Assembly: GCA_046351135.1 (NCBI GenBank)
Contig: JAXLZA010000011.1
Location: 174,806 to 238,805, forward strand
Origin: Myxococcota bacterium
Lineage (GTDB): Bacteria; Myxococcota_A; UBA9160; UBA4427
Length of the DNA stretch: 64,000 nt
Direction: 5' to 3'
A model generated the notes under the pieces. That model had not been told where the DNA came from, made no database searches, and worked only from the letters and a program-made list of their open reading frames with translations. Shown here one piece after another: positions 16,791 to 26,298 of the stretch. The translations under genes were made by a program, and so were the position numbers. The first letter of the stretch is position 1. Each line of letters opens with the position of its first letter.

Positions 16791-18047
16791 ATGCAAGATC
16801 CGCTGCTCGAGGAACTGCGCGTCGTCGAGGTCGCGATGTTCGCGCCCGACGCGGTCGGCATGCACCTCGCCGATCTCGGCGCCGAGGTCGTGAAGGTCGA
16901 GGAGCCGGGGCTCGGTGATCCCGCGCGGCTCCTCGGCGTGCCGTTCCAGGGGGAGAGCAGCGCGACGCGGCGCTGGAATCGCGGCAAGCAGAGCGTGATG
17001 CTCGATCTTCGAACGGCGGAGGGGCGCGCGGTCTTCCTCGAGCTCGTGCGCGTCGCCGACGTCGTCGTCGAGGGCATGCGCGCGGGGGCGCTCGCGCGCC
17101 GCGGGCTCGGCTACGAGGCGCTCGTCGCCGTCAATCCGAAGCTCGTCTTCGCCTCGGTCTCGGGCTGGGGCGAGCAGGGCCCCTACCGCGCCCTCGGCTC
17201 CCACGGCCTCGCCTTCGACGCGTTCGCCGGGCTCGCGCCGCCCCGCGTCGTCGACGGCCGGATCGCGCGACCGATCGGCCACGTCTGGCAGGGCCTCGAA
17301 GCCGGTCCGCTCTACGCGGCGCTCGGGATCCTCGCAGCGGTCGTGCGCGCCCGGGCGAGCGGTCGGCCGGCGCGCCTCGAGGTCAGCCAGGCGGATGCGG
17401 CCGCGGCGTGGAACGGCTGGCGGATCGCGTACGAAGCGGAGAACGCCCGCGCGGCGCACGGCGGGGATCCCGCGGCCCTCGCAGCGCTCGACTCGGCGGC
17501 GGAGGGCGCCGGGCAGACCGGCGAGCGCGACATGACGGCGCGGGACGTCCGCTACCAGTACTACGCCGCGTCGGACGGGCCCGTCCTGCTGATGGCGACC
17601 GAGACGCGCTTCTGGAAGAACTTCTGCCAGGCGATCGATCGGATGGATCTCTTCGAGCGCTGGCCGGGCCGTCCCCACGCCGACCACGACTACGGCAACG
17701 ACGCCCTGCGCGACGAGCTCACGCGGATCTTCGCGATGCGAACCCGCGCCGAGTGGATCGAGCTCTTCATCCGGCACGACGTCGCCGGCTCCCCCGTCTA
17801 CGAAGGAGGCGAGACCCACGCCGATCCGCACTTCGAGGCGCGCGGGCTCTGGCTCGACGAAGAGGTCCACGGCCTGCGCCTCGTCGCACCGCCGATCCGC
17901 GTCGACGGCGCGCTCGCCTGCGCGACGACCCGGGCTCCTCGCGGCGGGGAGCAGACCGAAGCGATCCTCCGCCGCGTGCTCGGCTACGACGACGCGCGCC
18001 TCGCGGCGCTGCGCAGCGCGAAGGCGATCCCGGAGCGCGCCGAATGA
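16791..18047 (+). CDS. Family III CoA-transferase (CaiB/BaiF; includes racemase-type members)
   Basis: ATG 16791 inside ORF 16497..18047. LRVVEVAMFAPDAVGMHLADLGAEVVKVE, NRGKQSVMLDLRTAEGRAVFLELVRVADVVVEGMRAGALARRGLGYEAL, VFASVSGWG. Confidence 0.9.
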   Translation: MQDPLLEELRVVEVAMFAPDAVGMHLADLGAEVVKVEEPGLGDPARLLGVPFQGESSATRRWNRGKQSVMLDLRTAEGRAVFLELVRVADVVVEGMRAGALARRGLGYEALVAVNPKLVFASVSGWGEQGPYRALGSHGLAFDAFAGLAPPRVVDGRIARPIGHVWQGLEAGPLYAALGILAAVVRARASGRPARLEVSQADAAAAWNGWRIAYEAENARAAHGGDPAALAALDSAAEGAGQTGERDMTARDVRYQYYAASDGPVLLMATETRFWKNFCQAIDRMDLFERWPGRPHADHDYGNDALRDELTRIFAMRTRAEWIELFIRHDVAGSPVYEGGETHADPHFEARGLWLDEEVHGLRLVAPPIRVDGALACATTRAPRGGEQTEAILRRVLGYDDARLAALRSAKAIPERAE

Positions 18048-19321
18048 TCCGCCCCCTCGAAGGCCTCGCGGTGCTCGCCGCCGAGCAGATGCACGCCCTG
18101 CCCCACGCGACCCAGCTGATGGCGCTGATGGGCGCCACCGTCCTCAAGGTCGAGCCGCTCGAGGGCGAAGCCGGCCGCCACGGCCGCCCGACGGTCACCG
18201 ACACGGACGGCCGTGCGACCGGCTCGACCTTCCTGCGCAACAACCTCGCCAAGCAGAGCCTCGCGATCGATCTCAAGCGCGACGAGGGGCGCGCGCTCTT
18301 CCACGCGCTCGCCGGGACCGTCGACGTCGTCGCCGAGAACTTCCGCCCGGGCGCCGCCGACAAGCTCGGCATCGGCTACGCCGCCCTCTCGGCGATGCAT
18401 CCGCGCCTCGTCTACGTCTCGATCTCGGGCTTCGGCAACCGCATGGATCCGCCGAGCCCGTACCGCGATCGCGCCGCCTATGCGCCCATCGTCGAGGGCA
18501 TGGCCGGGCTCTACGAGTACGCCCGCGAGGGCAACGCGCCGCCGCGCCCCGCGTCGGCCGGTGCCCTCGGCGACACGGCGCCCGGGCTCCACGCGCTGAT
18601 CGGGATCCTCGCCGCCCTGCGCGAACGCGACCGGACCGGCCGCGGCCTCCAGGTCGACGTCTCGATGTACGACTCGATGATCGCCGTCGCGGACGTCGTC
18701 CATCCGGCGAGCCTCGGCGTCGAGCCCGCGCGGGCGACGCAGGGCATCGGCATCCTCCACGCCTTCCGCGCCCGCGACGGCTGGTTCACGGTCGAGGTCG
18801 TGCGCGAGCCGCATTTCCCCGGCTTCGCGGCGGCGGTGGGCCACCCGGAGTGGGCCCGAGATCCGCGCCTCGCGACGCGGCGCGGCTGGTCGGACCACAT
18901 GGAGGACTTGATCCGGCCCGGCGTCGAGGCCTGGGCCGCCGGGCTCACGAAGAGCGAGGCCGCCGCGGCGCTCGCGGCGCGGGGCGTGGCGGCGGGGCCG
19001 GTGAACACGGCGGCGGACATCGCCGCGGATCCCCACCTGCGCGACCGCGACTTCATCATCGAGACCGACACGCCCGAGGCCCGCGTCCGCATCGTCGGCA
19101 ACCCGATCGCGTTCCGCCGCCCCGCGCCGTCGGCGCGCGGCGACGCAGCGCAGGCCGCGGACGCGCGGCCGGCCTCGGGCCGCGCCGACGCCTCGTCGTG
19201 CGAGTCCTCCCCGCCGCGCTGGCCGCGGCTCGGTCAGCACACCGACACGATCCTGTCCCAGCGCCTGGGCCTCGACCCGGCGCGCATCGCCGCCCTGCGC
19301 GCGGCGGGAGTCGTCGCATGA
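18044..19321 (+). CDS. Family III CoA-transferase (CaiB/BaiF), second copy
   Basis: ATG 18044 overlaps the previous stop (ATGA). LEGLAVLAAEQMHALPHATQLMALMGATVLKVEP, NLAKQSLAIDLKRDEGRALFHALAGTVDVVAENFRPGAADKLGIGYAAL, VYVSISGFG. Confidence 0.9.
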   Translation: MIRPLEGLAVLAAEQMHALPHATQLMALMGATVLKVEPLEGEAGRHGRPTVTDTDGRATGSTFLRNNLAKQSLAIDLKRDEGRALFHALAGTVDVVAENFRPGAADKLGIGYAALSAMHPRLVYVSISGFGNRMDPPSPYRDRAAYAPIVEGMAGLYEYAREGNAPPRPASAGALGDTAPGLHALIGILAALRERDRTGRGLQVDVSMYDSMIAVADVVHPASLGVEPARATQGIGILHAFRARDGWFTVEVVREPHFPGFAAAVGHPEWARDPRLATRRGWSDHMEDLIRPGVEAWAAGLTKSEAAAALAARGVAAGPVNTAADIAADPHLRDRDFIIETDTPEARVRIVGNPIAFRRPAPSARGDAAQAADARPASGRADASSCESSPPRWPRLGQHTDTILSQRLGLDPARIAALRAAGVVA

Positions 19322-20856
19322 GCCTCTCGCGCTCCGCCGAGATCCGCAGCCGTCTCGACCATCCGATCATCGACGCCGACGGCCACACCAGCGAGTACCT
19401 CCCCGCCTTCGCCACCTACCTGCGCGACGTCGGGGTGTCGACCGACTTCAACCGCCTCTTCCAGGGCGTGCTCGGCGCCGCCGGCGACTGGTACGACCAC
19501 ACCCCCGCCGAGCGGCGGCGCAAGCACCTCACGAAGTCGCCCTGGTGGACCCGGCCGATGCGCGACGCGCGCGATCGCGCGGCGGCCTGCTTTCCGCGCT
19601 ACCTGCGCGAGCGCATGGACGAGCTCGGCTGCGACCTCTCGGTCGTCTATCCGAGCACGGGCCTGGCGTTCCTGCAGGTCGGGAATCCGGAGATCCGCCG
19701 CGCCGCCTGCCGCGCCCTCAACCGCTACCATCGCGACGCCTTCGACGGCACGACGGATCGCCTCGTCCCCGTCGCCGCGATCCCCGCCCACACGCCGCAG
19801 GAGGCGATCGAGGAACTCGAATACGCCGTCCTCGAGCTCGGCTTCCGCGCCGTCGTGATTCCGAGCTACGTCCCCCGCCCGCTCCCCGGCTACGAGGACG
19901 CCGATCCCGACACGCGCCGCGTCGCCTTCTGGCTCGACACCTACGGCGTCGACAGCGACCACGACTACGATCCCTTCTGGCGCCGCTGCATCGAGCTCGG
20001 CGTCTCGCCCGGGACGCATACCCAGGGCAACGGCGTCGGCTTCCGCCGCTCGACCGAGAGCTGGGTCTACAACCACATCGGCCACTTCGCCGCGAGCGGC
20101 GAGGCGCTCTGCAAGTCGCTCTTCCTGGGCGGCGTGACCCGGCGCTTCCCGGCGCTCCGCATCGCGCTGCTCGAGGGCGGGGTCGGCTGGGCCTGCGCGC
20201 TCTACGGCGATCTCGTCGGCCACTGGCAGAAGCGCAACGTGAAGGCCCTGCGCGAGAACCTCGATCCGGCCCTGCTCGACGTCGAGACCTTCGAGCGCCT
20301 CGCCACCCGCTGGGCCAGCGTGGGCACCGCGACCCCCGAGCGCATCGCCGGCCTCGCCCTCACGACCCCCGGCCACACCTCGAGCGGTGCCGGCGCCGGA
20401 TCGAGCGGCCCGAGCGACGCCGAGATCGACGAGTTCCGCGCCCTCGGCATCACCCGCGCGGAAGAGATCCCCGGCCTCTTCGTCCCGAACTTCTACTTCG
20501 GCTGCGAGGCCGACGATCCCATGAACGCGCTGGCCTTCGAGGGACGGCGCTGGCCCTTCGGTGCGACGCTCAAGGCGTTCTACGGCTCGGACATCGGTCA
20601 CTTCGACGTGCCCTCGCTCCCCGACGTCCTCGTCGAGGCATGGGAGAACATCGAGCACGGCTTCATGGATGCGGCCCAGTTCCGCGCCTTCACCTTCGAG
20701 CATCCCGCGCGCTTCTACCTCGAGAGCAACCCGCGCTTCTTCGCAGGGACTGCGGTCGAGGGCGCCGTGGCTCCGCTCGTCGGCGGGCCGACGGCGGCGG
20801 CGCCGGGCGCGGCGCCGGCCGGGGCCAGCTCGGCGGGCGGTGCGACGGCGCGATGA
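19318..20856 (+). CDS. Amidohydrolase_2 (ACMSD/LigW-type) metal-dependent hydrolase or decarboxylase
   Basis: ATG 19318 overlaps the previous stop (ATGA). IIDADGHTSEY, DPFWRRCIELGVSPGTHT, FYGSDIGHFD. 512 aa. Confidence 0.85.
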   Translation: MSLSRSAEIRSRLDHPIIDADGHTSEYLPAFATYLRDVGVSTDFNRLFQGVLGAAGDWYDHTPAERRRKHLTKSPWWTRPMRDARDRAAACFPRYLRERMDELGCDLSVVYPSTGLAFLQVGNPEIRRAACRALNRYHRDAFDGTTDRLVPVAAIPAHTPQEAIEELEYAVLELGFRAVVIPSYVPRPLPGYEDADPDTRRVAFWLDTYGVDSDHDYDPFWRRCIELGVSPGTHTQGNGVGFRRSTESWVYNHIGHFAASGEALCKSLFLGGVTRRFPALRIALLEGGVGWACALYGDLVGHWQKRNVKALRENLDPALLDVETFERLATRWASVGTATPERIAGLALTTPGHTSSGAGAGSSGPSDAEIDEFRALGITRAEEIPGLFVPNFYFGCEADDPMNALAFEGRRWPFGATLKAFYGSDIGHFDVPSLPDVLVEAWENIEHGFMDAAQFRAFTFEHPARFYLESNPRFFAGTAVEGAVAPLVGGPTAAAPGAAPAGASSAGGATAR

Positions 20857-22142
20857 AGGATTGGGGGGTCGGGATTCCGCGCCCGTGGCAGGCCGCGGCC
20901 GAGCCGGTCGATCCCGCGCTCGACGCCGACGCGATCCTCGCCCGCATCCTCGACCCCGATCGCCGGGGCGCGCTGCATCCCCTCTACCACCGCCTGCGCA
21001 CCCTCGACCCGATCCACCGCAGCCGCTCGCCGCGCCTGCCCGAGCGCTGCTTCGTCCTGACCCGCTTCCGCGACGTCGACCACGTCGCCCGCAGCTCGGC
21101 CGCCGTCAACGATCCCGACACCGCGAAGGTCTTCGACCGCGACGGACGCGGCGGCGCCTTCTTCCAGCTGATGCGCCACGCGATGCTCTTCCTCGAGAAG
21201 GGCGACCACGACCGCGTCCGCCGCCTCGTCTACAAGGCCTTCACGCCCCGGGCGATCGCGCCCCTGCGCGCGCTGACGGAAGCGACCGCCCACGCGCTCC
21301 TCGACGCGGTCGAGGCGAACGGGCGGATGGACTTCGTGCGCGACTTCGCTTACCCGCTCCCGATCCGGGTGATCGGCCGGCTGCTCGGGCTGCCCGACGA
21401 GGACCAGGCGCGGGTCGAGGAGTGGGCCTGGGACTTCGCGCGGGCCGGGGATCCGATGACGGCGACCGCCGAGACGATCCGCCGAGGGAACGCGGCCGCA
21501 GAGGGCTTCCACGCGTTCTTCGCGGCGGCCCTCGACGAGCGGCGCGCGCGCCCGCGCGACGACCTGATGACGACCCTCGTCGAGGCCGAGGAGGGAGGCC
21601 GCGGCCTCGGACGCGAGGAGGCGATCGCGACCTGCGTGCTGCTCCTGCAGGCGGGCCACGAGACGACGGCCGACCTGCTCGGCAACGCCGTGATCAACCT
21701 CTTCGCCTTCCCCGGCGAGCTCGCGCGCCTGCGCGACGAGCCGGCGCTGCTCCCGGAGGCGATCGAGGAGCTGTTGCGCTTCGAGCCGCCGGTGCAGCTT
21801 TCGATGCGGCTCGTGCGGGAGCCGATCGACCTCGGCGAGCGGACGATCCCGGCGGGCCACTTCGCGGCCCTCGTCTACGGCGCCGCCAACCGCGACCCCG
21901 CGGTCTACGACGAGCCCGATCGCCTGCGCCTCGACCGCGGTGCACCGCATCTCGCCTTCAGCGCCGGCGCCTACTACTGCATCGGCAACGCGCTCGCGCG
22001 CAGCGAGATCCGGGCGGCGCTGCAGGTCCTGCTCGCGCGGCTGCCGAGCCTGCGGCCCGACGGATCGGGCTGGGTCGAGCGGCGGACGGTGCGCCTGCGC
22101 GGGCCGCAGGCGCTGCCGGTCGCGTGGGATCCGCGGCACTGA
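20853..22142 (+). CDS. Cytochrome P450
   Basis: ATG 20853 overlaps the previous stop (ATGA). I-helix LLLQAGHETTADLLGNA, ExxR EELLRFEPP, haem loop FSAGAYYCIGNALARSE. Confidence 0.9.
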   Translation: MKDWGVGIPRPWQAAAEPVDPALDADAILARILDPDRRGALHPLYHRLRTLDPIHRSRSPRLPERCFVLTRFRDVDHVARSSAAVNDPDTAKVFDRDGRGGAFFQLMRHAMLFLEKGDHDRVRRLVYKAFTPRAIAPLRALTEATAHALLDAVEANGRMDFVRDFAYPLPIRVIGRLLGLPDEDQARVEEWAWDFARAGDPMTATAETIRRGNAAAEGFHAFFAAALDERRARPRDDLMTTLVEAEEGGRGLGREEAIATCVLLLQAGHETTADLLGNAVINLFAFPGELARLRDEPALLPEAIEELLRFEPPVQLSMRLVREPIDLGERTIPAGHFAALVYGAANRDPAVYDEPDRLRLDRGAPHLAFSAGAYYCIGNALARSEIRAALQVLLARLPSLRPDGSGWVERRTVRLRGPQALPVAWDPRH

Positions 22143-22148
22143 GATCGG

Positions 22149-22193
22149 GACGTCGGCGAGGCGGGGCCGAGGCACCGTCCGTGCGCCGACGTC
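22149..22193. terminator. Long-loop hairpin between convergent genes
   Basis: GACGTCGGCG (22149-22158) pairs perfectly with CGCCGACGTC (22184-22193). 25-nt loop. Lies in the 95-nt gap between the P450 stop and the peroxidase stop. Confidence 0.3.
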
Positions 22194-22237
22194 GGGCGTG
22201 CGGCGAGCGCATCTCGGACACGAGGCGGGCGCGCGCG

Positions 22238-23272
22238 TCAGAGCGTTTCGAGGAAGGCGAGCAGCGCGGCCCGCTCGGACGGGCTCAGCGTGAACGGGAC
22301 GAGGCGTTCCGCACCGCGACCGCCTCCGCGCTCGTAGAACGCGACGACGTCGGCGAGGGTCGCGAGGCTCCCGTCGTGCATGTAGGGCGCGGTGCGGGCG
22401 ACGAAGCGCAGGCTCGGGGCGCGGAAGGCGACGGTCGCGTCGGAGACGGCGGTGCGATGGAAGACGGGGGCGACCTCGCGGCCCGGCATCGCGGTCGGCC
22501 CCGAGAGATGGGGGCCGGCGTGGCAGTGGCCACAGCCGAGGCGCTCGGAGAAGAAGAGCCCCATCCCCCGCTCGGCCGCCTCGCCGAAGCCCGAGGCATC
22601 GTCCAAGTAGAGCCGCCGATCGAAGGCCGAGTCCATGCGGATCAGCGTCCGCACGTAGCTGGCCAGCGCGCGGACGACGCTCGTCTCGTCGAAGGGCGCC
22701 TCGCCGAAGGCGGCGCGGTGGAGCGCGGCCAGCTCGGGGTCGGCGGCGAGGGCTGCGGCCGCGGCCGGCCCGAAGCCCATCTCGACGGGCTCGGTCCCGG
22801 TCAGCGGGAGGCGGAGCTGGTCCTCGAGGCGCACGAGCCCCTGGTCGATCCAGGTGTACGAGACGTTGTAGGCGACGTTCCAGAGCGTGGGCGTGTTGCG
22901 CGCGTGGGGCTCGCCCGAGGCACCGATCGCCCGGGCGCGGCCGTCGGTGAGCTCGCGCGCGGGATCGTGGCAGGTCGCACAGCTCGTCGTCCGGTTGAAC
23001 GAGAGCCGCGGGTCCGAGAAGAGCCGCCGGCCGAGCGCGACCTTCGCCTCGCTCATCGGATTGTCCGGGGGCACCGGCGGCGGTGTGATCCCCTCCGGCA
23101 GCGACCAGCGATACGCCGCGGGCTCCGTCGCCGCCTCCGCCGCGCTCGCCGGACCCGGCCGACTCGCCAGCCCCGCGACGCTGCCCCAGAGCGCCGCACC
23201 CAACCCCGCGCCCGCGATCAAGGCCTCCGCGCTCGCGCGCCAGCGCCCGCTCCCGCGGAGTCCGCCGCCCAT
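22238..23272 (-). CDS. Di-haem cytochrome c peroxidase / MauG family protein
   Basis: ATG 23272 lies 2 nt after the stop of the upstream TPR gene (the track ORF extends to 23347). Two CXXCH motifs (SCATCHDP, GCGHCHAG). Family blocks NTPTLWNVAY, APYMHDGSLATLADVVAFY. Confidence 0.88.
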   Translation of the reverse strand: MGGGLRGSGRWRASAEALIAGAGLGAALWGSVAGLASRPGPASAAEAATEPAAYRWSLPEGITPPPVPPDNPMSEAKVALGRRLFSDPRLSFNRTTSCATCHDPARELTDGRARAIGASGEPHARNTPTLWNVAYNVSYTWIDQGLVRLEDQLRLPLTGTEPVEMGFGPAAAAALAADPELAALHRAAFGEAPFDETSVVRALASYVRTLIRMDSAFDRRLYLDDASGFGEAAERGMGLFFSERLGCGHCHAGPHLSGPTAMPGREVAPVFHRTAVSDATVAFRAPSLRFVARTAPYMHDGSLATLADVVAFYERGGGRGAERLVPFTLSPSERAALLAFLETL

Positions 23273-23274
23273 CG

Positions 23275-23964
23275 CTACCAGCGGCGGGTGTTGTTCAGGG
23301 AGAGATCGTCGCCGGCCTGCGCGAGGGCCTTGCGCTCCTGGACCCACTCGGCGAACGCGGCCGTCGCCTCCCCCGCCGGCTGCTGGACGACCCAGGCATC
23401 CATGGCCTTCATCAGCTGATCGGCGAGCGCGCGCTCGTTGCGGAAGAGGACCATGTAGGCCGACTTGACCTTCTCGAGCTCGCCGATGCCGAGATAGGCC
23501 TCGCCGCGGTACTCGATCGCGGGGAAGTAGGCGGAGTTGATCTCGAGGGCCCGATCGTAGGCGGCGATCGCCTCGGGATACTTCCCCGTCCGGCGCAGCG
23601 CGTAGCCGAGCTCGTTCTGGGCCTCGTAGTGCTTCGGGAGCGCCTTCACCGCCGCCGTCTGCGAGCGGATCGCGGCCGCGTAGGCCTTCTGGGCCTGGGC
23701 GAGGAGCTTCTCGCGGTCCTTCGGATCCTCCTTCTTCGCGGCCTTCTCCTCGTACTTCCAGGCCTTCGCCTTGGCACGCAGCCCCGCCTGGTAGTGGCGG
23801 CGGGCGATGGACTCGGGCGAGCGGCTCGAGCGCGACGACGACGAGCCGACGGAGCCTCCGTAGTCCCCGCCGCCTCCGCCGCCCCCCGCCGCCGAAGCGG
23901 CGATCGGCAGACCGAGCAGAGCGAAGGCCACCAGGAGCGACAGGGCAATCCGAAGAACCCGCAT
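23275..23964 (-). CDS. Secreted TPR-repeat protein with Gly/Ser-rich N-terminal region
   Basis: ATG 23964 with GGAGG upstream. Signal peptide MRVLRIALSLLVAFALLGLPIAASA, G7 and Ser-rich stretch, TPR-like repeats (YEAQNELGYALRRTGKYPEAIAAYDRALEINSAYFPAIEYRGEAYLGIGE). Confidence 0.78.
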   Translation of the reverse strand: MRVLRIALSLLVAFALLGLPIAASAAGGGGGGGDYGGSVGSSSSRSSRSPESIARRHYQAGLRAKAKAWKYEEKAAKKEDPKDREKLLAQAQKAYAAAIRSQTAAVKALPKHYEAQNELGYALRRTGKYPEAIAAYDRALEINSAYFPAIEYRGEAYLGIGELEKVKSAYMVLFRNERALADQLMKAMDAWVVQQPAGEATAAFAEWVQERKALAQAGDDLSLNNTRRW

Positions 23965-24166
23965 GACAAGACCTCCTCGTCCATCCTCATCGATCGGCCG
24001 TCCACGGCCGGACGGAGACGAGCGCCCGGCCCCCGTCCCCCGGCGACGGCCGCCCCTCTCCGCCGCGAATCTTCGCGCGCACCGACACGGACGGCCAGCC
24101 TCGGTGACGGGGGCAGCGGCGCGGCCCGAGGCTGGTACCCTCGACGCCGCCTCGCCAGGAGATGCC

Positions 24167-25354
24167 ATGGCCGCCGAACGCCCCCGCCTGCCCTATCGCC
24201 TCGTCGACGCCGACAACCACTACTACGAGCCCGACGAAGCCTTTACCCGCTTCCTCGATCCCGCCTTCGCTCGGCGCGCGGTCCACATCGAGCGCGACGC
24301 GACGGGGCGCGGACGGCCGTGGGTCGGGAGCGAGCCCGCCTACTATCTCGAGATGACGCCCATCGACCGCATCGGTCGACCGGGCGCCGTCGTCGCCGAC
24401 AAGGACTCGCGCTACCGACCCCTCCCGGACGCCGACATGGTCGAGCCCGGCCGCGTCCCGCGCTTCTACGACCGTGAGGCGCGCCTCGAGTGGATGGACG
24501 AGGAGGAGATCGAGGCCGTCGTGATGTGGCCGAGCCTCGGCCTCGGCATGGAGTGGCAGCTGCGGGACGATCCGGCGGCCTGCGTCGCGAACCTGCGCTC
24601 GTTCAACCGCTGGGTCAACGACGCCTGGGGCTTCGACTACCGCCACCGGATCTTCGCCGTCCCGACCGTGACCCTCGTCGATCTCGACGAGGCGGTGCGC
24701 GAGGTCGACGCGGTGCTCAAGCTCGGCGCGCGCGTCGTCCACGTGCTGTTCACGCCGGTCAACGGCCGCTCGATCGCCCATCCGGACCACGATCCCTTCT
24801 GGGCGCGCCTCGCGGAGGCGGGAGTCCCGGTCGCGTTCCACGGCGCCGAGGCGGGCTACTGCGATCTCTTCTCGGCGGCCTTCGGCGAGCGACGCCGGCC
24901 GCCGGCCCATCAGCAGTCGGCCTTCCAGCGCGCAGTCTTCTGGGAGCGGCCGATCATGGACACCCTCGCCGCCCTCGTCCTCCACAACCTCTTCGGCCGC
25001 TTCCCCGGCCTGCAGGCGATGAGCGTCGAGAACGGATCCGCCTGGGTGCCCTATCTGCTGCGCGTGATGGACAAGGCCGAGAAGACGGGGAACTACGGGA
25101 ACTGGCTGGGCGGGCGGATCACAGACCGCCCGAGCGCGATCTTCCGGCGCCACGTCTCGGTCGCCCCCTTCGACGACGACGACATCCGGAGCCTGATCGA
25201 GGCGATCGGCGCGGACCGCGTCCTCTTCGGCTCCGACTACCCCCATCCGGAGGGCGTCGCGAATCCCTGGGACTTCCTCACGGGTCGCGCCCTCTCGGAC
25301 GACGAGCTGCGCCTCGTCGCCCGCGACAACACCGCGAAGCTGCTCGCCCTATGA
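24167..25354 (+). CDS. Amidohydrolase_2 family metal-dependent hydrolase
   Basis: ATG 24167 with AGGAG and a 5-nt spacer. RLVDADNHYYEP, DPFWARLAEAGVPVAFHG, VLFGSDYPHPEG. 395 aa. Confidence 0.85.
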   Translation: MAAERPRLPYRLVDADNHYYEPDEAFTRFLDPAFARRAVHIERDATGRGRPWVGSEPAYYLEMTPIDRIGRPGAVVADKDSRYRPLPDADMVEPGRVPRFYDREARLEWMDEEEIEAVVMWPSLGLGMEWQLRDDPAACVANLRSFNRWVNDAWGFDYRHRIFAVPTVTLVDLDEAVREVDAVLKLGARVVHVLFTPVNGRSIAHPDHDPFWARLAEAGVPVAFHGAEAGYCDLFSAAFGERRRPPAHQQSAFQRAVFWERPIMDTLAALVLHNLFGRFPGLQAMSVENGSAWVPYLLRVMDKAEKTGNYGNWLGGRITDRPSAIFRRHVSVAPFDDDDIRSLIEAIGADRVLFGSDYPHPEGVANPWDFLTGRALSDDELRLVARDNTAKLLAL

Positions 25355-26199
25355 CGCCCCAGACGACTCCGACTCCGCGCCCCGGCCGCGTCGAGGGCAA
25401 GGTCGCCCTCATCACCGGCGCCGCCTCCGGCATCGGCCGGGTCACCGCCGAGACCCTCGCCCGCGAAGGCGCCCGCATCGCCCTCGTCGATCTCGACCTC
25501 GAGGGTGCGCGCGCCGTCGCCGCCGGCATCGAGTCCCGCGGCGGCGAGGCGCTCGCCCTGCGCGCCGACGTGAGCGTCGAGGCCGAGATCCGCGCCGCCA
25601 TCGAGGCGACGGTCGCCCGCTTCGGCGGACTCGACTTCCTCCACAACAACGCCGCCATCACGAGCCCGGACCACCAGCGCCGCGACGGCAGCCTGCTCGA
25701 CCTCGACGTCGAGATCTGGGACGCGACGATGGCCGTCGATCTGCGGGGCGCGATGCTCGGCTGCAAGCACGCGGTGCCCCACATGATCCGGCGCGGGGGC
25801 GGATCGATCGTCAACACGACGTCGAACTCGTCGCTCGCCGGCGACCTGACGCTCAACGCCTACGCGGCGGCGAAGGCAGGGCTCAACGCGCTCTCGCTCT
25901 CGGTCGCGACGGCCTTCGGGAAGCAGGGGGTGCGTTGCAACGCGGTGTCCCCGGCGCTGATCGCGGGGCCCTCCTTCGCCCGGGTCGTGCCGCCGGAGGT
26001 CCAGGAGATGCTCCTCGCCGAAGCCCTCACGCCCCGGCTCGGGACGCCCCAGGACGTGGCGAACCTCGTGCTCTTCCTCGCGTCGGACGAATCGGCCCAC
26101 ATCACGGGCCAGATCCTGCGCTGCGACGGCGGGGCGCTCTCGCATCTGGCCCACGTCTCGAAGCTGCGGGCCAGCGGGAAGACGACGAACCGGACCTGA
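25351..26199 (+). CDS. SDR oxidoreductase
   Basis: ATG 25351 overlaps the previous stop (ATGA). GKVALITGAASGIGR, NNAAI, YAAAKAG. Confidence 0.9.
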   Translation: MTPQTTPTPRPGRVEGKVALITGAASGIGRVTAETLAREGARIALVDLDLEGARAVAAGIESRGGEALALRADVSVEAEIRAAIEATVARFGGLDFLHNNAAITSPDHQRRDGSLLDLDVEIWDATMAVDLRGAMLGCKHAVPHMIRRGGGSIVNTTSNSSLAGDLTLNAYAAAKAGLNALSLSVATAFGKQGVRCNAVSPALIAGPSFARVVPPEVQEMLLAEALTPRLGTPQDVANLVLFLASDESAHITGQILRCDGGALSHLAHVSKLRASGKTTNRT

Positions 26200-26298
26200 G
26201 ACTGGGGGCTCGAAAACGGAGACCGTCCGCTCGGCCGACCAGACGGCCCGCCGAGCAGACGGCCGGCCCCGAAGGCGCCGCGCCGCTCGCGCGGTGGC

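Noticed and set aside
14676-17870. 1064-aa minus-strand ORF, plus the 524-aa plus-strand ORF at 15344-16918
   Set aside because: Both are Arg/Pro/Gly-rich shadow frames of the D-aminoacylase and CoA-transferase genes. Only the frame giving MFDRLIRGG..HTHYD has family motifs.
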